Positions 1-12,900 of a stretch of 64,000 nucleotides of DNA are shown in pieces. The notes beneath the pieces are model-generated. The model was given only the letters and a program-made list of their open reading frames with translations, did no database searches and was not told the origin of the DNA. The position numbers and the translations under genes are program-made. Source of the stretch: Lingula anatina (taxonomy: Eukaryota; Animalia; Brachiopoda); the NCBI GenBank assembly GCA_051362555.1, contig CM120641.1, positions 10,044,001 to 10,108,000 on the forward strand, written 5' to 3'. The first letter of the stretch is position 1, and the number at the start of each line of letters is the position of its first letter.

Positions 1-209
1 TGCTGATATACATAAACAACTGAATAGTGAATCTTGTTGAATTGTCATAATTTTATATTTTTTAGTAATTGATATTATTTATGCATAAAATAACCAACAA
101 ATGTGGTTAATAATCTTAATTTTTTTCATATTTCTTATTAATGAACATTCACATGAAAATTAAAATCATTTTCAAAATATCTGGAAATAACAGTCCCAGA
201 TGGACTCAC

Positions 210-3200
210 CAGAACTGTAAGGTAGAAAACAACTTGGACTGTAGTCAAATTTCTTCATAAACTTTAGTTTTCCACCTTCTGTCAGACAGAATAAGTTTCT
301 TTCCCCTGCAATTGGAATAATCATAGCACTATAACATCCCATGTTAATAAGGCTACATATCTATAGTTACTACAACTTTTAACCTATGAAACGATGGCTG
401 AACAGCCATATTCCCCTCATATGGTGCATCTTGTGATGCTAAGGCAACCAAATGTTTGAATATGGTTTGCAACAACCAATTGCATGCCCAAACAAATCAC
501 TTAAAATAAAGGTTAAGATAAAGGCAGAGACATAAATAGCTTTCCAATCAGAGTAATTTTTATCAGGAGCTATTATAAGAAGGTCTCAAGGCTCCATGGC
601 AGAGGGTTACATTCAGAAGTATTTCCCTAGCATAAACAAGACATATAATGTCCATACAACTACTATATAACTCTCAAACTTGTCAGCTTAGAAAATCCTA
701 CATATTAATAGGATTTATTATATGATACAATACGTAAAACACAATATTTCGGCTTCTAATGGAAACACAACAAGAGCAAAACCATGGACATGTTTTTGTC
801 TGAGAAAGATATGAGAAGCCCATACCTAAAATCATGATGGCTGTTGATATATTAGGAAATGCAGTCACATATATGTCAAGGGCTTGTTCTCCCATATTAT
901 ATGTCCAGTCAACCTGAAGAGAAATGGACATTATAAAATACACTCATTACTTCTGAAGGTTTGAATTAGACCTTTAATCTATTAATGACACTACTAAGAG
1001 AAATAAAGGCAGGTAGTTTGATATTAAAAAGAGAAATGGAATATATATATATATATACAGAGCATGGGCAAAGAAAGCAAGCACATAATACTTGTACTTG
1101 TGTATTGAGATATAGCACTGTTAGAGAAAGAGAAAGAAAATAAGCTCACTGCAACTTTTTTCCCTGTTTTTATGCTTTGTGACTCTTCTTTTGTTGCGGA
1201 ATCTGTGGCCACTGCTAGCACCTGGTATCTACAGAGATGAAAAATAAAATGAGAATATCTCATGCAGACTCATAACAATCATAAATGAAAACTATTATGA
1301 CATATTAATGAAATTTTCACAAAATAAGTCTGCAACATTGAATACCAATTTCTATGGCCAAGCAAATTACGTAAAGAAAGGTAAAATTAAATGCAGACAC
1401 AAATCAATAGCCTGACACACTCAACCCTTAACATGTTCCAGCAGCCTGACAGTTTACACATTGTCCTTATGCTCAAACAATCACACCTCCCTGGTGTGTA
1501 AACAAGTTATATTTGTGCATAGGAGACAATAATATTAACATCATTTAAATAGAATAGACAGCACTACCGTGACCTTGTTTTCAAATCTTGTTCTAACTGC
1601 CAAATGCTCAGTGCTTTGGCAAGGAGACATATGGTCCTTATTCATTAAGGTATACTACTGACACAAAAGTAATGAAAGCACTCACTTATAGCTTTCCACC
1701 TGCCTACTGGAGGACACAGTGACAAAGCTGTCTGTTACAGCAACATATTTCATTGGTCCTGGTAATAGAGCCCCAGGAAGAAAGCGACTGAATGCAAAAC
1801 AATCCTGCTCAAATACAGAGAGTGTGCCATCCATAGACTGAACACACAGAAAGTCTCGGCCTGCAAGAGAAAAAGGAATGTCCTTTGAAAAAAATCTTTA
1901 TAGTAATTTCATAATTATCTTTGATTGATGGTTGAAAAACATTATTATTTGAAAAAAAAAATCTTAACTGTATGATCGTAATCAATTTTCATTACATAAT
2001 TCAATGACTTTTTATTTGAATAAGGGTACCATTTAATAACCATTATCATCTTGTCAGTAATTTATAGTCCTATCTTACCTTTGACTCCTCCAAATGGACC
2101 ATAACACATGTTGTATGAGGTGCGCTGCAGACTGTGCTCATACATCAAGTTCAGCTGACAGTAATGGCCGTGTTCAACAGCCCCAGATACAGCTAATAAT
2201 GACAAAAACCAGAATATCGATAATATTGCAAACTATCACAAACACTAATAGACAATTATGTTTAAATAACAGTATCCTTTACCTTATTCTGCACTTATGC
2301 ACTGTGGCATACAACCATAAGTAAAATGAGAAGAGAAATAAGAAAAGATATACTATTTAGTACAACATGGATAAAGGGAGAGAAACAAGTTCAAGAAAAG
2401 AAAGAGTGGATTAGGAAAAAGGAAAGAAAATATAGATAAACAAGGCAGCAAAGCTGTCAAATGTACAGACAAAAAACAGAAAATAAAGATGCAAAAAAGG
2501 TCATTTTGTCAATTTTGATGCAATAATAAATAATGCTTATAATAGCACTGTCAGTCAACACTGAATTTTAATCATGCACAACAGGTAACATGGTCAATAA
2601 CAGGAGCGGACCCTGAGATATTTTCTGACAGTATTCCAAAGTATCTATGTTGATCCACCCTCCATTTTGATGGTCTTCCAACAGAAAAAAAAGATACCAG
2701 TCAATATAAACTTAATAACCTGACTGTCTTCCAGAAGACCGAGAAAATGGTCTCAATCCACCCCTTCAATAAGATTACAATTTCAGGACCATGAAAGACC
2801 AAAGTCACATGATGAAAGTCTCAATATTTAAAAAATGATGACAGTGCATAAAATAATATCACATAATATTTAAAGACATAAAAAACAATACAACTGCTTA
2901 TGTGGAAATACAAAAAATGTGCAGAGCCTCAGGCGGATGAGAGTTAAAAGTCACAAATGCAAGTGTTTGAGAAAAAATTATAAAGGAAAACATAACAAAA
3001 CTAGAAAAGCACTCCGAGAGTGCAGACCTCTGCCAAGGCAGCAATTGTTAATTATTATTGATTATTGATTGATTGTTGAGCTAGACCACCACCAAAAACT
3101 AATCATTGTCCTCTTTGGCCCACTTCTGACAGTTCCTGAAAAGTTCAGCAAAATCGGCCCATAACTTTTGAGTTATGTTGATGACAGACAAACAGGGGTG

Positions 3201-3279
3201 AAAATATAACCTCCCTGGCAGAGCCCGAGATAAATATAATTCCAATGAAGCTGCTATTCAAACTTTTAATCTTCGAGTT

Positions 3280-3320
<41 letters not shown>

Positions 3321-6300
3321 CCTACATAATTTACCTGCATAATTATCACTGCTTCACTATTATTAATCTAGCAGAGAGCTTAACCTTTGGGAGTTTACAG
3401 GGAAATATCAACAAGTGTGCTTTATGTAATCTCATTTAATGGCCTATTAATTAGGCAAATGACTTAGCTAAGTGATACCCAAGCTAAGTGATACCCAAGG
3501 AAAATTTATAGACTGACCCTCTCAAAGGTCTTTCAGGCCCATAAGTCACATCTTAAGAAAAGCACAAAACAATAATGCACAAAATAGGAGACTACCAATT
3601 CTGATGCAATAATACATTATGTTAAACTGCACAGTCAAATCAAATTTTAATTATGCACAACAGGTAACACCGACAAAAGTAAAAACATAAGGCTTCAGGC
3701 CCATCAAAGTTCAAGTTTATACTTAGAAAGTGCCAGAATGAGAAAAACTGCATAAATTCAATAATAAATGATAACCCAATTGACCTGGCTTTCTAATTTG
3801 AACTGCATGCTAATCCTAAAAATCATACTTGTAAGTTAAAAATGATAATAAGTTACACAGTTTTCTTTTCATAATGTTTGCAGTAGCAGTGCAAAAAGAT
3901 TGTTGTCAATTTTGATGTAACATTACATAATAAATTACAGAATAATTATCACCAATTTTTTATTATTGACTATAAATAGCATGGACATGTAGAAAATTTG
4001 ATTACCATTCGGCTTCATGTCTATGGGAGCTACGAGTCCCACAATGAATATGCCAAAGAGATAATAAATATTTCACTCAAATGTATAACTTCCAGAAAAA
4101 GAAGCCAATAAGACTGCTTTTCCAACTCATGCTGCATTTTAGTCCAGTGTTTCTTTTTTAAAGGTTTGACAGTCATAAGTAACACAGTTTTCCCATAATG
4201 GTCATCATGGCAGCAGCACCAAAAATTGTGTTTTCTTCTATTTTGATGCAACATTACATAATGCTTAACAGCATAATGACGATCAATTTTTAATAATAGA
4301 ATATTAGTAACATAGACATTCAGAAAACGTGACAAGCAAAGGTCTTCAGGATCATGGAACTTCAAAGTCACACCTTGAAAATGCCAATAAGTGAAAAATT
4401 AAATTTTCACAAAAAACATTTAATTGCCAGAAAAAATTACCAAACAGACTGCATTGCCTACTGAAGCTGTATTTTAGACCCATGTTTCTTTCCTGTAAGT
4501 TTGAGAACAGTAAGTGACATGATTTTCCTTGAATGGTCATCATGGGAGCAGTGCCCAAAATAGGGGTTTCTACAAATTTTGATGCACTATTACACAATGT
4601 TTAACAGCATAATGACCATCAATTTTTAATAATAGAATATTAGTTACATGGACATTTAGAAAACGTGACAAGCAAAGGTCTTCAGGATCATGGAACTTCA
4701 AAGTCACACCCTGAAATTGCCAATATGTGAAAAATTAAATTTTCACAAAAAACTGTTTACTGCCAGAAAAAATTACCAAACAGACTGCATTTCCTGCTGA
4801 AGCTGTATTTTAGCCCCATGTTTCTTTCCTGTAAGTTTGAGAACAGTAAGTGACATGATTTTCCTTAAATGGTCATCATGGGAGCAGTGCTCAAAATAGG
4901 GGTTTCTTGAAATTTTGATGCAATATTACATAATGTTTAACAGCATAATGACCATCAATTTTTAATTATGAAATATTAGTATCACGGATATTCAGAAAAT
5001 GTGACTAGCAAAGGTCTTCAGGCCCATGGAACTTCAAAGTCACATCTTGAAAATGCCAAAATGTAAACAAAGCAGCACTGTTCTGAAATGGGTTTATTTC
5101 CATTTTTAACACTTTTTTAACATAAAACAAAATAAACAGTTTACTGCCATTTTTATATGATCAACTAAGAAAATTGATGAGATGGGAAAAATATCAATAG
5201 AACAGTGTTAAATGTCCAATTCCCTCCATTCTGAGATTCTGAACATAGTGGATGATTGAATCTAACAAACTGCAATGATATGAGTTTATTTCCATTTTTG
5301 ACACTTTATTACACAATACATGATAACAAGTTTACCATCATTTTTACATAATCAACTAACAATGTTGTAAAGATGCAGGAAATATCAAGCAAACACTTTT
5401 ACGTATCTTATTAATTAAATAATGAGACTGTTAACATGCCTAAGAATTGAATCAAGAGGAAATGTGAAAAAACAGCACAACTTCTAAAATAATGGCCCAA
5501 TTATGCTGATTTTCGAACTCAACCTGCGTTTTAGTAAGATTGACCACTCCTGTGAGTATAATGACAATTGGCCAATCTGTTTTTCTTATATTGTGTTATC
5601 AGTGTTGCATATATGTTGAAAAAAGTGAAAAAACAGCATAACTCACCTAAAAATGGCCCGATCATGCTGATTTTCGAACTTGACCTGCGTATTATGAATA
5701 TTCATCAGTTTTGTAAGTTTCAAGCCAAAAAGTAAAATGGTTTTTCACTTATCGTGTTATCGGTGCAGCATATATGCTGAAAAAAGTGAAAAAACAGCAT
5801 AACTTCCCTATAAGTCACCCGATCATGCTGATTTTCGAACTCGACCTGCGTATTATGAATATTCATCAGTTCTGCAGGTTTCAAACCTAAAGATAAAACG
5901 GTCCTTCACTTATCGTGTTATCGGTGAAAGTGCACGACGGCGACGACGGCGACGACAGACGCAGATGATGGCTATATGTACAGACACATCTGTGTCTGTA
6001 CATAAAAATGGGGTTCAAGATTTCACTGACCTGTAATACTGTAAACTACAATCTTCCTAGGATGGAGAACTGCTAAGTGCAATTTATCAGATGCTCTAAA
6101 AGATAAAATCAGTAATAAGTCTACCTTGAAATTAGACTGAAAAGCTTGCAAAATACAGGCATTTAACAGAAAAAAATTCCTATCGCTCCATTTTAACACA
6201 AAATAGGCACATTCCAGTGATCAATAACTTCTGTAAAAAAATACAACTGATCATGCCATTAGTATATAAGAAATATTTGATGATCATCTTAAGTCAATTC

Positions 6301-7046
6301 ACAAGTTAAACCAGTTTTCAACACTTTAGAATAGTTTTATGAAAATTCTGACTGTCCTCTTGAAGACCCTAGAAACCACCAAGATCTACAAAACATGAAT
6401 TTTATATATTTTTTCAATGTTTACATTAACAAGACTTCATTTATAACCATCCTAAATTGTAATGCTTGAAGGCTAAATAAAACAAACAATTTCTAATTAA
6501 ATACTTACGAAACAAACTTCCCTGCTTCTACTTGTAATATGGGGTACTGCAAGTGGGTTTCCAGCATCACATCTTCTGACTTAAATCCACTCCAGCCTTT
6601 CTCTCCTTTCACCGGACGTGGATTAAATACCCGTAAAGATCCATGGTAACTTCCAACTATTATTTTTTCTAATGGGTAATAAAAGCAAATGAATATATTA
6701 TTATATGTAATCAACTGGCTTTATCTATATATCCTTTGCTTGTTTATAAATGCTATTGTCAACTACTAAATATGATGAATTTTGGCACAGGAAAATGAAA
6801 ATTATTTGTTAATTCTTTATCTACTGATTCGTGCTCTTTTAACTGTTCAAAAACTCCACACAGACAGCAAGTGACCTTTTGTTCTGCTAAACTGTGATCT
6901 AAATTTGTTTTCTTTAAATATCTGACTATCATACCTGTTCCTGTTGAGCTGTTATCTATATTAGCTACACACAGGCAGCCAAGATCATATTCCTCATCCT
7001 CTCCTGCTAGAGTGGCCCACCACTCCCGTGCCTTGAATAGGGACAT
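210..7046 (-). CDS. BBS9: BBSome subunit BBS9 / PTHB1, N-terminal beta-propeller part; gene continues beyond the left edge
   Basis: Spliced GT-AG exons on minus: 7046-6935, 6668-6509, 6095-6031, 2192-2079, 1860-1686, 1228-1150, 913-826, 305-210. Translation MSLFKAREWW...CLCVANIDNS...KIIVGSYHGSLRVF...LHLAVLHPRKIVVYS...YGPFGGVKGRDFLCVQSMDG...FLPGALLPGP...VDWTYNMGEQALDI...GERNLFCL matches the recognisable BBS9 N-terminus. Intron phases are consistent. Confidence 0.95.
2998..3235 (+). mobile_element. Short HINE-type element nested in the larger element
   Basis: AAACTAGAAAAGCACTCCGAGAGTGCAGACCTCTGCCAAGG ... GACAGACAAACA ... AAAATATAACCTCCCTGGCAGAG. The same 5' end recurs inverted at 23582-23623. 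Confidence 0.65.
3282..3316. repeat. (TA)n microsatellite
   Basis: Direct reading of the TATATA run. Confidence 0.9.
4195..5060. repeat. Tandem repeat, 336-bp period, ~2.5 copies (degenerate related copies upstream)
   Basis: TG(C/T)TTAACAGCATAATGAC...GGTCTTCAGG..CATGGAACTTCAAAGTCACA recurs at 4262, 4598 and 4934. Confidence 0.9.
5463..5930. repeat. Tandem repeat, ~161-bp period, 3 copies
   Basis: GTGAAAAAACAGCA...ATGCTGATTTTCGAACT..ACCTGCGT at about 5464, 5626 and 5787. Confidence 0.9.
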
Positions 7047-7616
7047 GCTGGAGAAAAAATGAATGGTAAAGCAATACATATTTCACAAGTGTAAGTGGAA
7101 GTAAAATTTGAAAGAAAAATCTTGCTATAATCCCTTTTAGTTATATACTGACAAATTGTTTAAATTTTAGATTAATTATATTCACCCAGACAGATGAACT
7201 TTCCTAAGTTTTTATCAAAATGTTTTAATGCTAAATGGGGCACTAAGAATAAGATGTATTAATGCAGAACATTCTAATTTGTCTTATAGTCACAGTTAAT
7301 GATCAGCTGGTATGTGTTTTAAAACTATACTGACATGTGTATTTAAGTTTATTGATATGTCAGCATTTTTAACTGTATGTTTAAAAGCTGACCAATAAAT
7401 TGGCTTTCGAAAATAATGCAGGCAAGATTGAGGCCTTTAATCTAAACAAAAGTATTTGTAGTTTTTTCTCCGCTTGCCAAATTAGCAACAGCATGCTGAG
7501 CAAGTTGTATTTATCATTGTTAATGTGATGGCTGTGACTATGAAAATGGTAATGCAATCAACCACATGTCAGATGTAATATTATCAATATCACTTGTTTA
7601 CTATTCTGAGAATTCA

Positions 7617-7802
7617 TATCAGATCAGATCAGATCAGATCAGAAGTTTATTGACTATCGCCCTACATCCGGGCATGATCAAATACAAATACAAGAAGTAA
7701 TCCGCAGAGTGATTACCATATACAGTTTGATATACATTATATAATGTCTAGACTAAAGCAGGGAAAGTACATGTACTACTCAATAAAGATCAATATAGGG
7801 AT

Positions 7803-7845
<43 letters not shown>

Positions 7846-9270
7846 GATTCAACTAGAATAGGCTACACTAAACCTTATATTAAACTAACTATTATTTGGG
7901 GGGATATGAAAACTGCATCATCAGTTAATCTAGGTTTTATTCAGCATGGATGCAATTTTCATATCCCTAGCTTTAAAACAATCATAAAGAAAATTAGTTG
8001 TGCATTTTGCAATATCAAAATCATTACATTGCAGTACAGTAATAAAAAGGTCACTGATGGACTCAGGGGCTGCACTGCCCAGTATATCTTTAACCTGGTT
8101 AAGGAATATGGCTCTTAGTGGAGCATAAGAGGGGCATATCATCATAAAATGGAACTCATCCTCAACTGACCCCATGTTGCACACCGTGCATAGCCTTTTC
8201 TCTATGGGTATTTTAGGATTCATGTGTCTCCCCTTTTCAATTGCCAAATTGTGGGCACTTATCCTGAATTTGCAAAGGAATGTAGATTTGGGTTTGTGGA
8301 TTAACTGTGTGTATATTTCTCTTTTAAAATCTTTTTTGAAGGTACTGTAGGTACGTAATTTTTTACCCTCCGTGTTCAGGGATGCTAGGTGAGATTTAAA
8401 GGCCGAACTATAAGAGATTTGGATAAGCGGTTTTATTATGGAAGAGAGTGCGGTCATGGATATTTTAAAAGGGTCCTCCCAAATGTCAGGGCGTCCAATG
8501 AGCGCCAGTGTATTTTTAATGCCGGTTGACCAGGTTGAGGTGTTAAGTCTGTTTAAATTTTCATTTTCGTGGAGTGCATGAGTAACTAAGGAGGTGGTGT
8601 CATGGTGCTTTTTATATTGGAGGCTGTGCCAGTATTTGAGGGCCAGTGTGTAGGCAGTGGTCAGTATTGGGAAGCTGCCCAGTTCTCCGCGGACAGCATG
8701 TGAGGGAAATTTTCGGTTAACACCTAGGATAGTTTTGCAGGCCTTGAGATGTAAGGTTTCAATGGAAAGTTTGTCACAAATTAGGAAGTAGCTGTCTTTA
8801 CTTGAGTTTTTGACAAAGTATGGTGCCCAAACTTCAGAGCCATAGGTAAGAATGGGAGCTATGAGTGAGTCAAAAAGTTTCATGGAAATGGGCACTGGGC
8901 TGGTGAATAATTTATTGCGGATTTTGAAAAATGCTTTCCCCCCTTTTGATTTGAGTATTTCAAGGAATTTGGTGAAACTTCCGGATGGAGTAAAGACAAG
9001 TCCTAAATAGCAGTATTCACTACAGATTTCTAGAGGTATATCGCCAAACTTGAAAATTTGTTTCTGGATTTTGTGGCCAGATTTATTGAATATCATGACT
9101 TTTGTTTTAGTGATGTTCACTAGTAGCTTCCATTTTTTGCAGTAGGCCTGAAGTTGATTTATTGCAGTTTGTAAACCTGCACTGCTTTCCGACATAATTA
9201 CTAGATCGTCTGCATATAATAGGCAATTTAATTTTTGATTATTCAGAGACACTGGGTCACATGACATGAC
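7617..9270 (-). mobile_element. 5'-truncated non-LTR retrotransposon (LINE; CR1/L2/RTE-X-like group) in BBS9 intron 1
   Basis: Contains an RT C-terminal ORF. The 3' end on minus reads AATAAA followed by a (CTGAT)n tandem tail at about 7617-7643, a tail type typical of these clades. Confidence 0.85.
7930..9267 (-). CDS. Reverse transcriptase C-terminal fragment of LINE ORF2 (445 aa, uninterrupted, probably non-functional truncation)
   Basis: LLYADDLVIMS...LQTAIN...VNITKTKVMIF...YCYLGL (RT catalytic YADD and downstream motifs), and a C-terminal RISAHNLAIEKGR...CTVC...EDEFHFMMICPSY Cys/His motif. Confidence 0.9.
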   Translation of the reverse strand: MSCDPVSLNNQKLNCLLYADDLVIMSESSAGLQTAINQLQAYCKKWKLLVNITKTKVMIFNKSGHKIQKQIFKFGDIPLEICSEYCYLGLVFTPSGSFTKFLEILKSKGGKAFFKIRNKLFTSPVPISMKLFDSLIAPILTYGSEVWAPYFVKNSSKDSYFLICDKLSIETLHLKACKTILGVNRKFPSHAVRGELGSFPILTTAYTLALKYWHSLQYKKHHDTTSLVTHALHENENLNRLNTSTWSTGIKNTLALIGRPDIWEDPFKISMTALSSIIKPLIQISYSSAFKSHLASLNTEGKKLRTYSTFKKDFKREIYTQLIHKPKSTFLCKFRISAHNLAIEKGRHMNPKIPIEKRLCTVCNMGSVEDEFHFMMICPSYAPLRAIFLNQVKDILGSAAPESISDLFITVLQCNDFDIAKCTTNFLYDCFKARDMKIASMLNKT

Positions 9271-9476
9271 TACATAAATTTAAGCTTTGAGACTGGAACA
9301 TGATTAGACCTACAAACTCATTATAATGATTGGAATCAAACAGGCAGATTTCGTGTTGAAAATTTAAGTACATTGAACAGGTATAAGCTGAAAAAACTAT
9401 TTTACATTTTCAAATAATAGCTGTCTGTCAGAGTAGACCTGGAAGACAACACTGCGAAAAGTAAATTTGTTTGCAT

Positions 9477-9490
9477 CTTTCTATGGCGAC
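9477..9490 (-). promoter_or_regulatory. Candidate RFX X-box near the 5' end of BBS9
   Basis: Minus strand reads GTCGCCATAGAAAG, a 13/14 match to the X-box consensus GTHNYY-AT-RRNAAC. It lies next to a probable non-coding exon-1 donor (AAG|GTAAGG at 9515/9514). Confidence 0.45.
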
Positions 9491-9514
9491 ATATAAACAA
9501 CATTATTTCCTTAC

Positions 9515-9967
9515 CTTAAAAACAATGAAAAACTGGTGCAATAACTACATTGTGTGTTCTGGTATTACATACTGCCCTATCTCGACATTACGACAGCTTT
9601 TCACTGCAAACAAATGAAACACAAATGTATTATGATCTATTGAAATGTCATATTCTACACAAGTTTTATTCCCGCTGAACTATTTTGCAATACGCATGCG
9701 CAGCCGGAAATTGAAAACAAGAAAATTATTCTATGAAAATTAAATTTATCAACATTATCTAAATATAACTATCTCCAATACTTTTAAGTTGGCAAAAATG
9801 GTGTTAATTGTTGATTGTAATTTGAAAAACATGGTATTTATTTTAGTTGCATTTAGGATCCCTAATATACGAGATTACACGTATGTGCGGCCATATTTGT
9901 TGTGGAACATACATCTGCTTTTTTCCATCTTGTGCATTTTTGTGCACGAAAAATACTCCAGTTTAAA
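9515..9967. promoter_or_regulatory. Bidirectional promoter region BBS9 (-) / ERP44 (+)
   Basis: Head-to-head genes with under 500 bp between the putative BBS9 exon-1 donor and the ERP44 ATG. NRF1-like TACGCATGCGCA (9691-9702) is immediately followed by ETS-like CCGGAAAT (9704-9711). Confidence 0.65.
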
Positions 9968-12900
9968 ATGGAATTAGGCATTGTAAGGTTATCGGCAAAA
10001 TGGACCTTTCTACTAATCGTAACTGTAAGTATACCATTTATTATGTCTTTACTTTTGAAAATTAAACACCGGTATGGTAATAGTCTGTATCGTTTGTAGT
10101 GAACCAGAGAGAGTAGAAACACTAGACTGATGTCGGATGAGCTGTGGCTGTCAGTGCAGCAGTTTACTTCCTTGTTGCAATCGGTCCAGAAAAGATATGG
10201 TTAAAGTGAATTTCGTGCAACATGATTGGAAAGAATTTTATTTTAGATCACCGGTTTAAAGTGGGCTTCCTTGTTGCAATGGAAAAAAAAACTGTTTAGT
10301 GAACTGAAATTGAAAAAAAAAAAAAAGATGAGATAATAGCGTGTAGCATACTGTACATGAGGGGCAGGGAGAAGGGTCAGAACTCAGCTCCTTTGAACAT
10401 CACTTAGTGCCAATTCTAGATATATCTCATATTTGGACTTGGTGGAAAAATTCTAAAAACATCCCCCATTCACTTTTTAGTTTAATGTGAATTCAGCGGG
10501 AAATTCAGTCGAAGCATGTGCATAGAAACATCATCTGCTTCAAGCTTTGACAAGATGTCGTTATTTCACAACTAGGCAAATGAAGATTGGAAGTGACACT
10601 TATTGCTACACTTAGGGTCATTCAACTAAAAAAGTGAACATATGAGTCATGTCATTAACACACAATTTATTTTTGTTGTATTCATGAATGAGATTTTCCC
10701 AACTACCAGTGGATTTCTGACCCTTTGGGTGTCAAAATATCATTTTTGAGATCAATGCAAGGGCCCCGTAGACCCAAGGCCATATTTTCAGACTTCTTTA
10801 CTAAATGGCGTTATCATCCCTAATTATTTGAAATATTAGAAATCAAAAGTAATTAATAACTGATATAAACAGATTTGCAAATATTGCACACAATGTGTTA
10901 CCAACATGACTCAATTGTTACTTTCTTGTGGAACAATGCCTTGATGAAATATCATATTCTATGGTTTGTTCATTATCCTTATGTTATGTGGTCAACTTGT
11001 GATGTACATATTATTCAGATAAATGACCTTAGACTGTTCAGACTGTACTTCAGGTGTCTAACAAGCACTGCTAATTATAATGTGTAAGTGTTAAACCAAA
11101 CCTCACATGGGGTCATGAATAAGCACTATTCTCTTTATTTCAGGTTTCTGTTTTCTACAGACCAACAGATAGTGGTGCTATTCAGATGCATGATGCCAAT
11201 CTTGATGAAGTATTATGTAAGTGGTATAATTTGTATCTCATTTCATATGGAAACATTTTGTATGAAAGCAAAAAAGTCTAATATAAAATTCACATTGTAT
11301 AATTGAGAAAAAAATACAGTTATTTAAAATATTATTGCTCTTGTGGTTTCTAGATGACCAGTAAACTACAGATCAAATGATATAATATAGATTTGACTTA
11401 TGACAGAAAATTAGGCAATAGAAACAGTTTTAGTATCTTGTTGCCATAGATTGCAAAGCCATTGCCATACATAAGGTCACAGACTGTAAATGGCATGAAT
11501 GCCTTTGTGTAATGGCACAGAGCTTGATCAAATGGAATTATTAATGCACTATAAAGATGTAGAACACATCAATAAAAAGAGCAAATGTATGAGAGTTTTT
11601 TCTTTTTGTTACAGCTAGCAATGAAGTAGTCTTTGTAAATTTTTATGCAGACTGGTAAGTTTTATTTTTGTGCCTCTCTTTTTTTGCAGTGTAGTACTTA
11701 ACATTTTGAAAAGGGTTGTTTATATGTGAAAACCTGCATATGTATACATGGCAGGATGATAACATTCAGGGACTATCTGTCTGTAACGGTTAATGAATAA
11801 TTCATTGTAATTAAGCATAAACTTGCTCAGTTTATGACAATTTAATATATTGAATCTTGATTTTTATAGTTGTTCGCCTTTGATCTTAATTTTAGTAGTA
11901 ATGATTGTTTATTATTAATTAACAATTTCTGAATAAAAAAGTTTGTGACATCTGAAGAATTTAGTAAGATTTTGAATATGTTTTTTAATCAGAAGAAAAC
12001 CTTGTGTTCCCTTTCTAGGTGTCGGTTCAGTCAGATGCTGCAGCCTATATTTGATGACACTGCCACAAAAGTTGCAAGTGAATTTTCTGTAAGTTGTTTT
12101 TTCCTTTCTTTCGGGGGGGAGGGTATGTATGAAACCTTTATTTCAAGGTCAGCTAAATAACAAGGGCTGAAAAATTATTTTAAATCTGCCTGGATTTAGA
12201 TCTGGCCTGCGGCATATATATGATATTGTATGTATAAGGCTATTAATTCTTGATATGGCTAGTGATAGAATGTTAATGTTATGCAGTGCCAGTGTCTTAA
12301 TTTTCAAAGATATTATGTGTGAATTTTTTTGTGTTAAACTGGAAATCATGGCCTTTAGATATTGGCAATTTCAATGTGCTTTGTTGACTAATTTTTGTTT
12401 TTTCAATTTTCAGCCTGGGAAGGTGGCCTTGGCAAAAGTAGACTGTGATAAAGAAAGTGAGTATAATTTATAGGAGTTAGATTTCAGTATGTACACATTT
12501 ATTGTGTTTACAATCTTTGCATATTATATGAACCAACTTCCGTTTCAGTACATTATTAAAGTCACCTTAAACTAGATTGAAAAAACTAAATGGTCCCAAT
12601 ATCTTAATTTTTTTCTTCATTTTAAAGGAAAAGATGTGAAAAAAAAAAACAACTACAGTCTGTGAGATATATGTATGATTTATTTAGGCACTGGAGCATG
12701 TATGATTGATATATTACACACTAGAGCATTTAAGGTATTATTGGGTATTATTGTTAACATATATAAGAAGGTTGTCTGTACAAGTTAACTTTTCATCCAT
12801 TACCCAGGTTCTTTAGCAGCCAGGTATCATGTCTCAAAGTATCCTACTCTCAAGCTCTTCCGTAACGGGCAACCAGTGAAGAGAGAATACAGGGGTCAGA

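Larger units (their letters stand above)
2438..6008 (+). mobile_element. Non-autonomous Helentron-like (HINE/DINE-1-type) element with internal tandem-repeat arrays
   Basis: Begins AAACAAG, a short inverted repeat (GGCAGC aaa GCTGTC) and ATGTACAGAC at 2461. Ends with a (GAC/GGC)n microsatellite, a hairpin TATGTACAGACAC-atct-GTGTCTGTACATA (5975-6004) and an A-run. The shared TGTACAGAC motif at both ends fits HINE architecture. Fills most of BBS9 intron 2193-6030. Confidence 0.65.

Noticed and set aside
4030-4597. ORFs 4030-4371 and 4352-4597
   Set aside because: They lie within the 336-bp tandem array and show no recognisable protein features.
7744-8118. 124-aa plus-strand ORF with poly-Lys
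   Set aside because: Antisense to the LINE 3' end; the poly-K comes from an A-run.
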